Positions 63,596-64,000 of a DNA stretch of 64,000 bases are shown here, piece by piece. Source of the stretch: Isurus oxyrinchus (taxonomy: Eukaryota); contig JANJGN010000121.1 in assembly GCA_026770705.1 (NCBI GenBank), positions 1,178,001-1,242,000 on the forward strand, read 5' to 3'. The notes beneath the pieces are model-generated. The model was given only the letters and a program-made list of their open reading frames with translations. It was not told where the DNA came from and did not search any database. Position numbers and translations under genes: made by a program. Every line of letters starts with the position of its first letter. The first letter of the stretch is position 1.

Positions 63596-63952
63596 GAGTG
63601 ACGTCAGAGGGATGGTCTATGAAGGCGCTGTCTCGGAGGGCCATCAGCAGCTCTTGTGTGGTTATTCCGTGTAGCTTTGACTTTCCTTCCCACTCTTACA
63701 CAGCACTGCACGGAGCTTGGTATAAATATTGGTATAGATGGAAATATACCATCACATACACCAAAGATCCCAACTATGCGATGGCCACATTCGTGGGACG
63801 TGCTAAAATAATCGGCGACTTGGAAGGGAAGAATTGTTCGGTGAGGATTGACAGTCTCAGAGCTGAAGATAGTGATGTGTATTACTTTTATGTGGATGTG
63901 GAGGGCTACACAGATCACACTTTTACACAACCAGTCCAACTCCAGGTTCTTG
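63596..63952 (+). CDS. Gene E divergent Siglec/sialoadhesin/MAG-like V-set exon (GVTSEGWSMKALSRRAISSSCVVIPCSFDFP...GAWY...FVGRAKIIGDLEGKNCSVRIDSLRAEDSDVYYFYVDV...VQLQVL); gene continues right of window
   Basis: 357 nt open, ttgcctttcag acceptor, gtaagt donor, Siglec-type CxxxPC and NCS cysteines; absent from the ORF track. Confidence 0.88.
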
Positions 63953-64000
63953 GTAAGTCCCAGTTCCTTTCACACTCAGTCTATCAGCACAAGGGGGTCA

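Overview
Eukaryotic (vertebrate) DNA. The repeat content points to a cartilaginous fish (shark): CR1-type LINEs, Penelope-like palindromes, a 33-bp CAGTGCAGCACTCCCTCAGTACTGACCC minisatellite, Gypsy fragments and solo-LTR-like elements. The window holds a cluster of intron-containing Siglec-like (CD33-related/MAG-like) Ig receptor genes that the ORF track mostly misses; exons were assembled by hand from splice sites and phases. Gene A (-): only the non-coding exon 1 and promoter, running off the left edge. Gene B (-, 21.1-3.0 kb): leader, two tandem V-set exons, C2, neutral TM and two duplicated cytoplasmic-tail cassettes. Gene C (-, 29.2-22.6 kb): pseudogene, followed by an Arg-containing, activating-type TM exon. 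An orphan tyrosine-motif tail exon (-, 31.2 kb) has ITAM-like spacing. Gene D (+, 35.6-49.4 kb): intact V-C2-C2-TM with two alternative tails, one ITIM+ITSM and one YxxP+ITSM. Gene E (+, from 62.7 kb): divergent V domain lacking the essential Arg, running off the right edge. Overall this looks like a paired activating/inhibitory Siglec-like system with modular ligand-binding and signalling exons. Expression and function are inferred, not shown.
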